Assembly: GCA_965140445.1 (NCBI GenBank)
Contig: OZ223236.1
Location: 3,714,498-3,778,497 of the forward strand
Origin: Candidatus Ozemobacteraceae bacterium
GTDB taxonomy: Bacteria; Muiribacteriota; Ozemobacteria; Ozemobacterales; Ozemobacteraceae
Length of the DNA: 64,000 nt
Reading direction: 5' to 3'
The translations under genes and the position numbers were made by a program. The first letter of the stretch is position 1; every line of letters starts with the position of its first letter. This document shows, one piece after another, positions 56,710 to 64,000 of the stretch. Below the pieces are notes generated by a model, which saw nothing but the letters and a program-made list of their open reading frames with translations, searched no databases and had not been told where the DNA came from.

Positions 56710-57896
56710 ATTCGCAGTCCATTTTTTTCAATCTTTTTAATAAGCGCAGGAACTACTTCGTAAATATCTCCTACCACAGAAAAATGTGCTACTTCAAAAA
56801 TAGGGGCATTTGGATCACTATTAATTGCAATTATATTATCTGCGCCTTGCATTCCGGCTGAAAATTGAACTGAGCCAGAAACTCCGCAGGTTATTATAAG
56901 CTTTGGTTTAACCGTTCTACCACTAAGCCCGATTTGAGATCGGGAGTCAAACCATCCCTGCTCGATTAGTGGGCGGGTTCCTGCAACCATTGCCCCAAGC
57001 GAATCTGCCAAAGTATAAATCATGTTCAGGTCAGCTTTTTTCTTTAAACCCTTTCCCACAACAACAATTGTTTCAGCATCTTCGATAGATTTAACCTTCT
57101 CTTTAGGCTTAACTTCAAGAACTTCGATTGCAGACTCAAGCTTAGAAGGCTCTAATGAGCACAATTCAATTCTTCCTTCTGGTTTGCATTTTTCTGGAGG
57201 ATTAAAAATTTTGTAGCGAACTGTAGCAAATTGTGGCCTGTGATTGGGGGTGTGGATGTGAGCCATAATATTGCCACCATAAGCAGGCCTAATCTGGTCA
57301 ATGTCCGTATTTTCAGCCACATCCAGCAGAGTACAATCAGCCGTCAGACCAGTTCTGAATCTTGCCGCAAGACGGGGAGCGAGAGATCTTCCTATTGGGG
57401 TACCTCCAACGAGAATACTGGACGGTTTAATCTTGTTAATAAAATCCTCAAATGCAGCTGAATAAGGCTCAATTCTAAAATACTTAAGCTCTGGATAGTC
57501 ATAAAAAAGAATTCTATCGACCCCATACTCAAGAAGCTCTTGAGCAACAGAAAGAAGATTTTGCCCTATTAACAAACAATAGACAGGTTGAGAAATTTTT
57601 CCTGCCAACTCTTTCGCTTTGCCGATAAGCTCAAGAGAGACGGGATGTATCTTACCTTCGGTTTGTTCTACATAAATCGCGATACCCTTCCATAGACTTT
57701 TATCCACAGAGTTTAAAACAGCCTCATCTATCCATTGAAAAACATCCGGGCGTTTTATTACACAAGCTTTGCACATGCGGCAACCAGAATCAATTTCCAG
57801 CTTCCCGTCCACACAAACAATAGAGTTAAATGGACAAATTTCAGCCAGCTTTTTGGGGTCTTCTCCTGGAACAGGCATAATCTTTATCATACTCAT
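56706..57896 (-). CDS. lctC: Electron transfer flavoprotein alpha subunit with N-terminal [4Fe-4S] ferredoxin domain (LctC-like).
   Basis: 396 aa. N-terminus [11 protein letters not shown]...GCRMCKACV gives cluster ligands. C-terminal EtfA region [28 protein letters not shown]. Confidence 0.85.
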   Translation of the reverse strand: MSMIKIMPVPGEDPKKLAEICPFNSIVCVDGKLEIDSGCRMCKACVIKRPDVFQWIDEAVLNSVDKSLWKGIAIYVEQTEGKIHPVSLELIGKAKELAGKISQPVYCLLIGQNLLSVAQELLEYGVDRILFYDYPELKYFRIEPYSAAFEDFINKIKPSSILVGGTPIGRSLAPRLAARFRTGLTADCTLLDVAENTDIDQIRPAYGGNIMAHIHTPNHRPQFATVRYKIFNPPEKCKPEGRIELCSLEPSKLESAIEVLEVKPKEKVKSIEDAETIVVVGKGLKKKADLNMIYTLADSLGAMVAGTRPLIEQGWFDSRSQIGLSGRTVKPKLIITCGVSGSVQFSAGMQGADNIIAINSDPNAPIFEVAHFSVVGDIYEVVPALIKKIEKNGLRI

Positions 57897-58681
57897 AAAA
57901 ACTTGAGCTCCAGCAATTTGTCATAAATCTTTTCAGACAACTCTTCAGAACTGCCTTTCCAAATCTGTTTTCTTAAATTAGTTTCAGGAGGAAAAACTTT
58001 TAAGACCTGAGTTGGTGATCCTTTTAGCCCATATTTTTCTGGTTCAGAATCTGGAAGATCTGCTAGTCCAAGTCTCTTTACCTTTTTGTCTTTTGCTGCC
58101 AATTTCCGTTTGAAAGAAGGTAGCCGAGGCTGGAAAATCCCTTTTTCAACAGTAATTAAGCACGGGAAACCAACCTTTACTATCTCAACAGTTTCTGGCA
58201 TGTCCATTTCAAGAACTAATTCCGCTTCATTTGCATCAATTATTCTTCGAACATTTGCCACATGGGGAATTCCAAGAAATTCAGCAATCTCAGGGCCGAC
58301 CTGACCAGTGTCTCCATCGGTTGTTTGTCTTCCACAAATTATTAGATCCGGGAGGCCTAAAGAAACAATTCCCTGAGACAGTGCATAAGAAGTCGCTAGA
58401 ACATCTGCTCCAGCAAAGCTTTTATCGCTTAATAAAACGCCATCATCTGCTCCAAGCATGAATGTTTCACGCAAGGCAATTTCTGTTTGCGGTGGTCCCA
58501 TGCTGATAGCACACACCTTTGCATCTAGTGATTCTTTAAGTCTTACAGCTGTTTCCAGGGCATAAAGATCGTAGGGATTAATTTTAGAATCAACCCCTGC
58601 TCGCTTAAGAGTCTTGGTTTCTGGATCAATGTCAACTTCTGTGCTATCCGGAACTTGTTTTATGCAAACAAATATATTCAT
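57893..58681 (-). CDS. lctB: Electron transfer flavoprotein beta subunit (LctB-like).
   Basis: MNIFVCIKQVPDSTEV is the canonical EtfB start. Start placed at the second Met (58681); the track start at 58699 adds MHYNIC. Confidence 0.85.
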   Translation of the reverse strand: MNIFVCIKQVPDSTEVDIDPETKTLKRAGVDSKINPYDLYALETAVRLKESLDAKVCAISMGPPQTEIALRETFMLGADDGVLLSDKSFAGADVLATSYALSQGIVSLGLPDLIICGRQTTDGDTGQVGPEIAEFLGIPHVANVRRIIDANEAELVLEMDMPETVEIVKVGFPCLITVEKGIFQPRLPSFKRKLAAKDKKVKRLGLADLPDSEPEKYGLKGSPTQVLKVFPPETNLRKQIWKGSSEELSEKIYDKLLELKFL

Positions 58682-58762
58682 ACAGATATTGTAATGCATT
58701 CCGGATCAAAATTTCATTAGAATTGAAAATTAAATTTCTTCTTTTTAATATATTAAAATAAT

Positions 58763-58801
58763 AAAAAAAAGCCGGCTACTTAAAGTTAAGCCGGCTTTTT
58801 C
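58763..58801. terminator. Bidirectional rho-independent terminator between etfB and fusA.
   Basis: A8-gccggct-acttaaagtta-agccggc-T5. Confidence 0.6.
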
Positions 58802-58812
58802 AAATTCAATTC

Positions 58813-60900
58813 TTATTTTTCTTTTAGAGGTTTAAGGATTTTTTCTGCAATACTTGGTGGAACTTCAATATAGTGAAGAACTTCCATAGAGAAACTGGCG
58901 CGTCCCTGAGAAAGAGATCTCAGATGCGTAGAATAGTTAAACATTTCAGCCAAAGGAACATGGCACTCAAGAGTTCGCATATCATCACGAATTTCCATAT
59001 TTACCACTTTCCCACGTCTGGAGTTAATGTTTCCAATAATGTCGCCCAGATACTGCTCAGGAGTTTCAACTTCAACCTTTGTATATGGTTCAAATAGCGC
59101 CGGAGAAGCTTTTGCCATTCCAAGTTTCATAGCTTCAATAGCTGCAACCTTGAAAGCAACAATACTACTGTCAACTTCATGGTAGGATCCATCAAGCAAA
59201 GTTACCTTAACATCAGAAACAGGCTTCTTGGCCAGAGGGCCTTCAGTTAAAGCTTCACGAATTCCCATTTCAATTGCCGGGAAGTAAGTTGAAGGAACCG
59301 TTCCACCCTTAATCTGAGTTTCAAACACAAACCCGCCACCACGTGGTAAAGGTTCAATATCCATAATAACGTGACCATACTGACCACGACCACCAGATTG
59401 CTTGGCACATTTGCCTTCTGTTGAAACTTTTTTACGTAGTCCTTCACGATACGCAACCTGTGGAGCGCCAACTGTTGCCTGAACATTAAATTCACGCAAA
59501 ATTCTATCTACAATAATTTCAAGGTGAAGCTCACCCATACCGGCAATAATAGTTTCGCCAGTTTCTTGATCCATTGAGGATTTAAAAGTAGGATCTTCAT
59601 CCATAAGTGTATGAAGCACTGTACTCAATTTCGCCAGATCAGCCTTTGTTTTTGGCTCAATTGCAACAGAAATAACTGTTTCAGGGAAAGTAATTTTTTC
59701 AAGAATAGGTGAATCTTTTTCTGCAGCAAGAGTATCTCCGGTTCCGATTCTTTTCAAACCAACAATAGCTACAATATCCCCGGCCTGAACAGATTCCAGA
59801 TCTTGTCGCTGATTAGCATGCATCTGCAGAATTCTACCAACGCGTTCTCTCTGGCCCCTGGTTACGTTATAAATCTGATCACCAACGTTAAGAGTTCCAG
59901 AATAAACACGCATATAAACTAGCTTTCCGATATGAGGCATAGAAGCGACTTTAAATGCCATTGCCGAAAACGGAAGGTTTGGATCAGCTGGAATCTCAAT
60001 CTGCTCAAGAGTTTCCTGATCAAATGCAATAGATGGCGGAATATCAAGTGGAGAAGGCAGATAATGAACGATAGCATCCAGCAATGCCTGTACACCTTTG
60101 TTTTTGAACGCAGAACCACTGATAACAGGAACAACCTGATTGTCTATAGTAGCCTGGCGTATTGCCTTCTGAATGAGATCGTATTCGATTGGTTCTTCAG
60201 CAAGGTATTTCTCAAGAATTTCATCGTTACAATTGGCCAAAGTATCAATTAAAACGGTTCTTGCAGCATTTGCCTCTTCAAGAAGTTCTGCCGGAATTTC
60301 ACCCGACTCAATCATTTTGCCTGCTGGAAAACCTTCAGAAACAATCCATGTTCTGGTGGTCATTGTTACCAGGTCTACGTGCCCAATGTAACTTTCTTCT
60401 GAGCCAATTGGCATGGTCAAAACAAGCGGCGTGGAGTTAAGGCGTTCTTTAACCTGAGTTACAACCCTGTCAAAATTAGCCCCAACCCTGTCCATTTTGT
60501 TTACAAATGCAATTCTAGGAACATTATATTTATTAGCCTGTCTCCAAACTGTTTCGGACTGTGGTTGAACACCTGCGACCGCACAAAAAAGAACGGCACA
60601 TCCATCCAAAACCCTGAGAGATCTTTCTACTTCAGCAGTAAAATCAACGTGACCAGGAGTATCAATAATATTAATGTCTGCGTCAAGCCACTGGCACTTT
60701 GTTGCAGCGCTGGTAATGGTAATACCACGCTCCTGCTCCTGAACCATCCAGTCCATAGTTGCAGTTCCCTCATGGGTTTCACCAATTTTATAGTTCCTGC
60801 CGGTAAAATAAAGAATTCTTTCAGTTGTAGTGGTTTTGCCGGCGTCAATGTGAGCAATAATGCCAATGTTTCTGACTCGCTGCATGTTTTCCTGTTGCAT
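58813..60900 (-). CDS. fusA: Elongation factor G paralog (standalone, not in the str operon).
   Basis: 695 aa. [26 protein letters not shown]1 motif. DTPGHVDF. Full five-domain EF-G length. Confidence 0.9.
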   Translation of the reverse strand: MQQENMQRVRNIGIIAHIDAGKTTTTERILYFTGRNYKIGETHEGTATMDWMVQEQERGITITSAATKCQWLDADINIIDTPGHVDFTAEVERSLRVLDGCAVLFCAVAGVQPQSETVWRQANKYNVPRIAFVNKMDRVGANFDRVVTQVKERLNSTPLVLTMPIGSEESYIGHVDLVTMTTRTWIVSEGFPAGKMIESGEIPAELLEEANAARTVLIDTLANCNDEILEKYLAEEPIEYDLIQKAIRQATIDNQVVPVISGSAFKNKGVQALLDAIVHYLPSPLDIPPSIAFDQETLEQIEIPADPNLPFSAMAFKVASMPHIGKLVYMRVYSGTLNVGDQIYNVTRGQRERVGRILQMHANQRQDLESVQAGDIVAIVGLKRIGTGDTLAAEKDSPILEKITFPETVISVAIEPKTKADLAKLSTVLHTLMDEDPTFKSSMDQETGETIIAGMGELHLEIIVDRILREFNVQATVGAPQVAYREGLRKKVSTEGKCAKQSGGRGQYGHVIMDIEPLPRGGGFVFETQIKGGTVPSTYFPAIEMGIREALTEGPLAKKPVSDVKVTLLDGSYHEVDSSIVAFKVAAIEAMKLGMAKASPALFEPYTKVEVETPEQYLGDIIGNINSRRGKVVNMEIRDDMRTLECHVPLAEMFNYSTHLRSLSQGRASFSMEVLHYIEVPPSIAEKILKPLKEK

Positions 60901-61080
60901 TGTAAAAGTGTGTCCTTTGTGTGATTAAGTGCATTGCGAGGAGTGGTCGTAAAACCCTGACGAAACCTTGAATTGCAATTCGCAGTTTATTTAAAGATTA
61001 GTACGCTCCTGAAGGCGAAGCCAGTAGTTTAAACTAATACAGGCTTTCAGTCAAGCAAAGATTGCTGCAATGTAAAAAAA

Positions 61081-61581
61081 TCAGCTATCTTTTAATTCTG
61101 TGCTCAATGAAGCATCTCTAAGAGCTACCCTTGAAGCCTTATCAACTAAGGAAAACAACTGGTCCAGCAGATCCTTTTCTCCTGAATTCTTGTGCCCTTT
61201 AAGTTTAACCAGCTGCAAGTCCAGTTCATCTAAAATTTTATAAAATTTCAAATATAGATCTTTATTTTTTAACGGTATGCCCTTTTTGTTTGAAAAATTA
61301 CAGCCTTCCATTCTTTTACGCCTGCCAGGCAAACCAACAATGTTCTGAGAATCAGTATAAATTATGAGTTTACTATTGGAAAAATCGTTCTCTGCCAGCG
61401 CCCAAAGCAAAGTCTGCAATTCAAGTCTGGTTGATGAAGTATTACTAAAATGCCTTACCTTAACCAGTTCTTTCGCAACTCCAATATCAATGTGCGTTGA
61501 TTCAAGCTTTAAATATGCTCCAAAACCGACCTTAGCTATTGGATCAACACTTACGTCAGAAAAAAGGATTGTTTCTTTCAT
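61081..61581 (-). CDS. RNase H-like (type 1 ribonuclease H fold) protein, divergent.
   Basis: 166 aa. LIIYTDSQNIVG (TDSQY-like) and LKGHKNSGEKDLLDQLF (GH.G..N..AD-like, degenerate). Confidence 0.5.
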   Translation of the reverse strand: MKETILFSDVSVDPIAKVGFGAYLKLESTHIDIGVAKELVKVRHFSNTSSTRLELQTLLWALAENDFSNSKLIIYTDSQNIVGLPGRRKRMEGCNFSNKKGIPLKNKDLYLKFYKILDELDLQLVKLKGHKNSGEKDLLDQLFSLVDKASRVALRDASLSTELKDS

Positions 61582-61630
61582 TAAATTTAATCGAGACCTT
61601 CTGCACTTAATTTTCGCCTATTTCCATGGC

Positions 61631-61675
61631 AAAATAAAATACAGGAGATCCATTCCCCTGTATTTGGTTTGTTTT
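61631..61675. terminator. Bidirectional terminator after the TfoX_N gene.
   Basis: atacagg-agatccattcc-cctgtat hairpin with T-rich flanks on both strands. Confidence 0.45.
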
Positions 61676-61695
61676 ATGTGAATAAAAGAATGATT

Positions 61696-62025
61696 TTATT
61701 TTGGAGGTAGTGAATCTGCAAAAGTCTCGCAGAGATTTACCCAAACCTTCAAATCATCATCATTTGTAACACCATCTGGTTTAACCATAACAAATCCAGG
61801 TATCGGAGCACCCATCAAATCCATTGGACGGGCATGTGGCAATGTTAAAGCTTCCTGATACTTATCTGGACCGACTCGAGCCATCAGATCATCATTCAAA
61901 ACACCAATACATTTGTGGTTTGAGACTTTGAATGCAAGGCCGCCATACATCCCTTCTTCCTGCAAATCACTTCTGTGTGATAAGGCCTCTCTTAATCTTT
62001 GCGCTAAAGTTTCGTTATAAGCCAT
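61696..62025 (-). CDS. TfoX/Sxy N-terminal-domain protein.
   Basis: 109 aa. MAYNETLAQRLREAL...MYGGLAFKVSNHKCIGV resembles the TfoX_N domain. Confidence 0.45.
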   Translation of the reverse strand: MAYNETLAQRLREALSHRSDLQEEGMYGGLAFKVSNHKCIGVLNDDLMARVGPDKYQEALTLPHARPMDLMGAPIPGFVMVKPDGVTNDDDLKVWVNLCETFADSLPPK

Positions 62026-62171
62026 AGTTCATTTCCAATCCTTTTTTGAAGTCTATGCCTTTTAGTGGCATCAATTTTAAGTTCTGGAAAACTTACCAGA
62101 TTCATTTATTCATGGCAAATTACTGTAATTCTGTAGTTTGAGCAAATGATTTTTTGGAATTTTGCTCTGGG

Positions 62172-62861
62172 TTAATTAATTCTATTTCCTGGGCTAGTCT
62201 TTAAAGCTTCATACAAGGCAAAGCTATCAAACAATAATTTTTTAAACCCACCCGGCTCAATTCTTTTCCCCAGGTGAAAAACCATTATTCTGTCAGCAGC
62301 TTCGAACTGGATATTTTCATCTTTGAGCGATACAAATCTATTACGCAATCTCTGGTTAAACAATTTTCGAACCAAAGCCTCATTATCACCCTGCAGGACG
62401 AAAGCATCAGAAAAGTTCTTGTCCTCTGCAAAATTGATGTCCTGGCCACCAAAAAGCTTACCAAGAAAATCAAACAATCTGATCTCTTTGCGCAAAAAGC
62501 ATCTGGGAAGAGACAGATCTGGTGACTCCAGCAAGCACACGCTTTGGATGTGAGTCTGACTGTTTTTGCCATGTCCGGTAACGTATGAATATTCCGCAAT
62601 AATAATTTCAACGTTATCTTTACTGCCAATTAAGCAATTTCTCGCTCTTCTACTTCGGCCAGTGCTAAATAGCTTGAGCTTTTCGAACTTTTGAAAAATC
62701 CCATTGGAATATTCTATATACTTAAAGCCCGTGCTGCTGGATATTTTTTTCCAGCCTTCTCTTCGCTTTTTATCCATTATCTGGGAATAAATAAAGGCAA
62801 TAACGGCTAAAACAATAAAAAAACCAAAACCGCAATAAAGGATTAATTCACTTTTATCCAC
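62172..62861 (-). CDS. Membrane-anchored hypothetical protein, tandem paralog A.
   Basis: 229 aa with N-terminal TM. Shared core ...YSYVTGHGKNSQTH...FDFLGKLFGGQDINFAEDKNFSDAFVLQG...KDENIQFEA. Confidence 0.5.
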   Translation of the reverse strand: MDKSELILYCGFGFFIVLAVIAFIYSQIMDKKRREGWKKISSSTGFKYIEYSNGIFQKFEKLKLFSTGRSRRARNCLIGSKDNVEIIIAEYSYVTGHGKNSQTHIQSVCLLESPDLSLPRCFLRKEIRLFDFLGKLFGGQDINFAEDKNFSDAFVLQGDNEALVRKLFNQRLRNRFVSLKDENIQFEAADRIMVFHLGKRIEPGGFKKLLFDSFALYEALKTSPGNRIN

Positions 62862-62879
62862 TATATCTCCTGCAATAAA

Positions 62880-63665
62880 CTATGCTTGATCGTTCTGTCT
62901 GGCTTTTATAGCATCAAAAATGGCAAAGCTATCAAAAAGCATTTTCTTAACTTCATTTGGCTGAATATATTTGCCCCGGTGAAAAATCATTGTATTACCA
63001 AGAGCTTCAAATTGGATATTTTCATCTTTAAAACTGCTGAAACGATTGCGAACTTGTTGGTTAAACAGGTTTCGAACGGCACCTTCATCTTCCCCCTGTA
63101 AAACAAAAGCGTCAGAAAAAGTTTTATCTTCCGCAAAGTTAATGTCCTGCCCACCAAAAAGTTTTCCAAGAAAATCAAAAAGCTTCACTTCTTTTCTTAC
63201 AAAACAATGCGGAATAGACAGTTCAGGGCTGGAAAGCAAGCATAGGGTCTGCATATGCGTAGTGCTGTTTTTTCCGCTGCCAGTGACATAAGAATAGTCA
63301 GCTAAAACGATTTCCACTTCTTCTTTCGAACCACGTAGACAGTTATAAACATCATGCCTTCTACCTTTACTGAACAGCTTTAGTTTGGAATAGGTAGATA
63401 AAATCTCTGGTGCTTTCTCGTAATATTCAAAACCTGTGCTTGCGGCAATTTTTCGCCAGGCCTCTTTTCGTTTCTTTTCCTGAAGCCATGCATAATAGAC
63501 CAACCCTACAATAAAAATCAAAACTCCTATAAATATTGCTACACCTACAAAATCTTCACTCATAAGCCCTCCAAAAAGTTTTGCTTCTAAATTTAAACTT
63601 CCATCAAAGTAAAAAAATGCGCCAGAGTAACATCCATCAAAACCTCTGTTAACATAATGATACAA
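62880..63665 (-). CDS. Membrane-anchored hypothetical protein, tandem paralog B.
   Basis: 261 aa. >70% identical to paralog A over the C-terminal 200 aa, with long identical nucleotide runs. Confidence 0.5.
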   Translation of the reverse strand: MYHYVNRGFDGCYSGAFFYFDGSLNLEAKLFGGLMSEDFVGVAIFIGVLIFIVGLVYYAWLQEKKRKEAWRKIAASTGFEYYEKAPEILSTYSKLKLFSKGRRHDVYNCLRGSKEEVEIVLADYSYVTGSGKNSTTHMQTLCLLSSPELSIPHCFVRKEVKLFDFLGKLFGGQDINFAEDKTFSDAFVLQGEDEGAVRNLFNQQVRNRFSSFKDENIQFEALGNTMIFHRGKYIQPNEVKKMLFDSFAIFDAIKARQNDQA

Positions 63666-63672
63666 AATTTTT

Positions 63673-64000
63673 CTATTGAGCGATATTTTCTTTTAAAGCC
63701 TCCACAATTTCAAGGCCATTTGCCAGCATTTGAGGCATTTCAGCTGGTTCAATAAATCGGCTATAATGAAAGAGAACAACATCCTCAAAAGCCTCAAATC
63801 TAATATCTTCCTTCTTCAGGCTTACGAAACAATTTCTCACCTTTTGTGAAAAATAGGTTTTAACATCATATTCATCCGAACCTTTCAAAATAAAATCGCT
63901 TGAAAAAGCAAAATCATTTTCAAAGTTAATATCCTGCCCGCCCAGAATTTTTATCAGATAGTCTAGCCCCAACGCCTCAGGCAACAAATTGCATCTTGGC
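63673..64000 (-). CDS. Tandem paralog C; partial, N-terminus beyond the window end.
   Basis: GGQDINFENDFAFSSDFILKG...EDIRFEAFEDVVLFH aligns to the middle and C-terminus of paralogs A and B. The reading frame stays open to position 64000. Confidence 0.45.
   Translation of the reverse strand, partial: PRCNLLPEALGLDYLIKILGGQDINFENDFAFSSDFILKGSDEYDVKTYFSQKVRNCFVSLKKEDIRFEAFEDVVLFHYSRFIEPAEMPQMLANGLEIVEALKENIAQ

Noticed and set aside
1-64000. CRISPR arrays, IS elements or transposases, integrases, rRNA and tRNA genes.
   Set aside because: No regularly spaced direct repeats, no transposase/integrase-like proteins in any frame of the ORF track, and no rRNA- or tRNA-like conserved stretches were seen. 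By eye the window is ordinary chromosomal DNA without mobile elements.

Overview
AT-rich (~38% GC) chromosomal segment from what looks like a Gram-negative anaerobe; lineage is not determinable from here. Most genes are tightly packed and many are separated by clear hairpin-plus-T-run terminators. Main content, left to right:
(1) 1-1980: partial HEAT-repeat protein (3' end outside the window), then a GH13 alpha-amylase-family gene (2050-4101), a 56-aa 2x[4Fe-4S] ferredoxin missed by the ORF track (4393-4563), and a secreted coiled-coil protein (4675-5820).
(2) 6029-8107: serC-serA.
(3) 8.2-21.5 kb: a Pel-type exopolysaccharide locus with non-canonical layout. Order is pelB-like TPR/beta-barrel porin, pelD-like (degenerate GGDEF with intact RxxD), pelE-like, pelF (GT4), pelG. 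The PelA functions are split into two paralogous CE4-deacetylase-like genes flanking an antisense standalone GH114 hydrolase gene. No pelC is present.
(4) 21.4-26.4 kb: a hybrid histidine kinase plus zinc-ribbon membrane partner convergent on the locus, an alanine/Na+ symporter and an L,D-transpeptidase.
(5) 26.5-31.0 kb: two large secreted proteins of unknown function, one a Reg_prop-like beta-propeller.
(6) 31.7-38.2 kb: flavoprotein trio (flavin reductase-like, HI0933-type, COG2509-type), MATE exporter, and an HK-SpoU-trpB operon.
(7) 40.7-41.5 kb: a 750-bp structured intergenic region with a minus-strand intrinsic terminator and CCUCUC repeats (candidate sRNA or leader), upstream of hslO (Hsp33).
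(8) 41.5-46.9 kb: S9 peptidase, xth, a secreted C39_2-like peptidase with a glycine-rich tail, and a 59-aa Bfd-like gene missed by the ORF track.
(9) 47015-50449: a monocistronic 1144-aa TM0106-family RecB-like nuclease + RNase-H-like + SF1B helicase fusion.
(10) 51.0-55.2 kb: an orphan minor-pilin/pseudopilin operon headed by an 807-aa Cys-rich secreted protein.
(11) 55.3-58.7 kb: lctBCD-type lactate dehydrogenase-EtfAB (EtfA with N-terminal ferredoxin domain).
(12) 58.8-64.0 kb: a standalone EF-G paralog, an RNase H-like gene, a TfoX_N protein and three tandem near-identical membrane-anchored paralogs running off the window end.
No rRNA, tRNA, CRISPR array or transposase was recognised.
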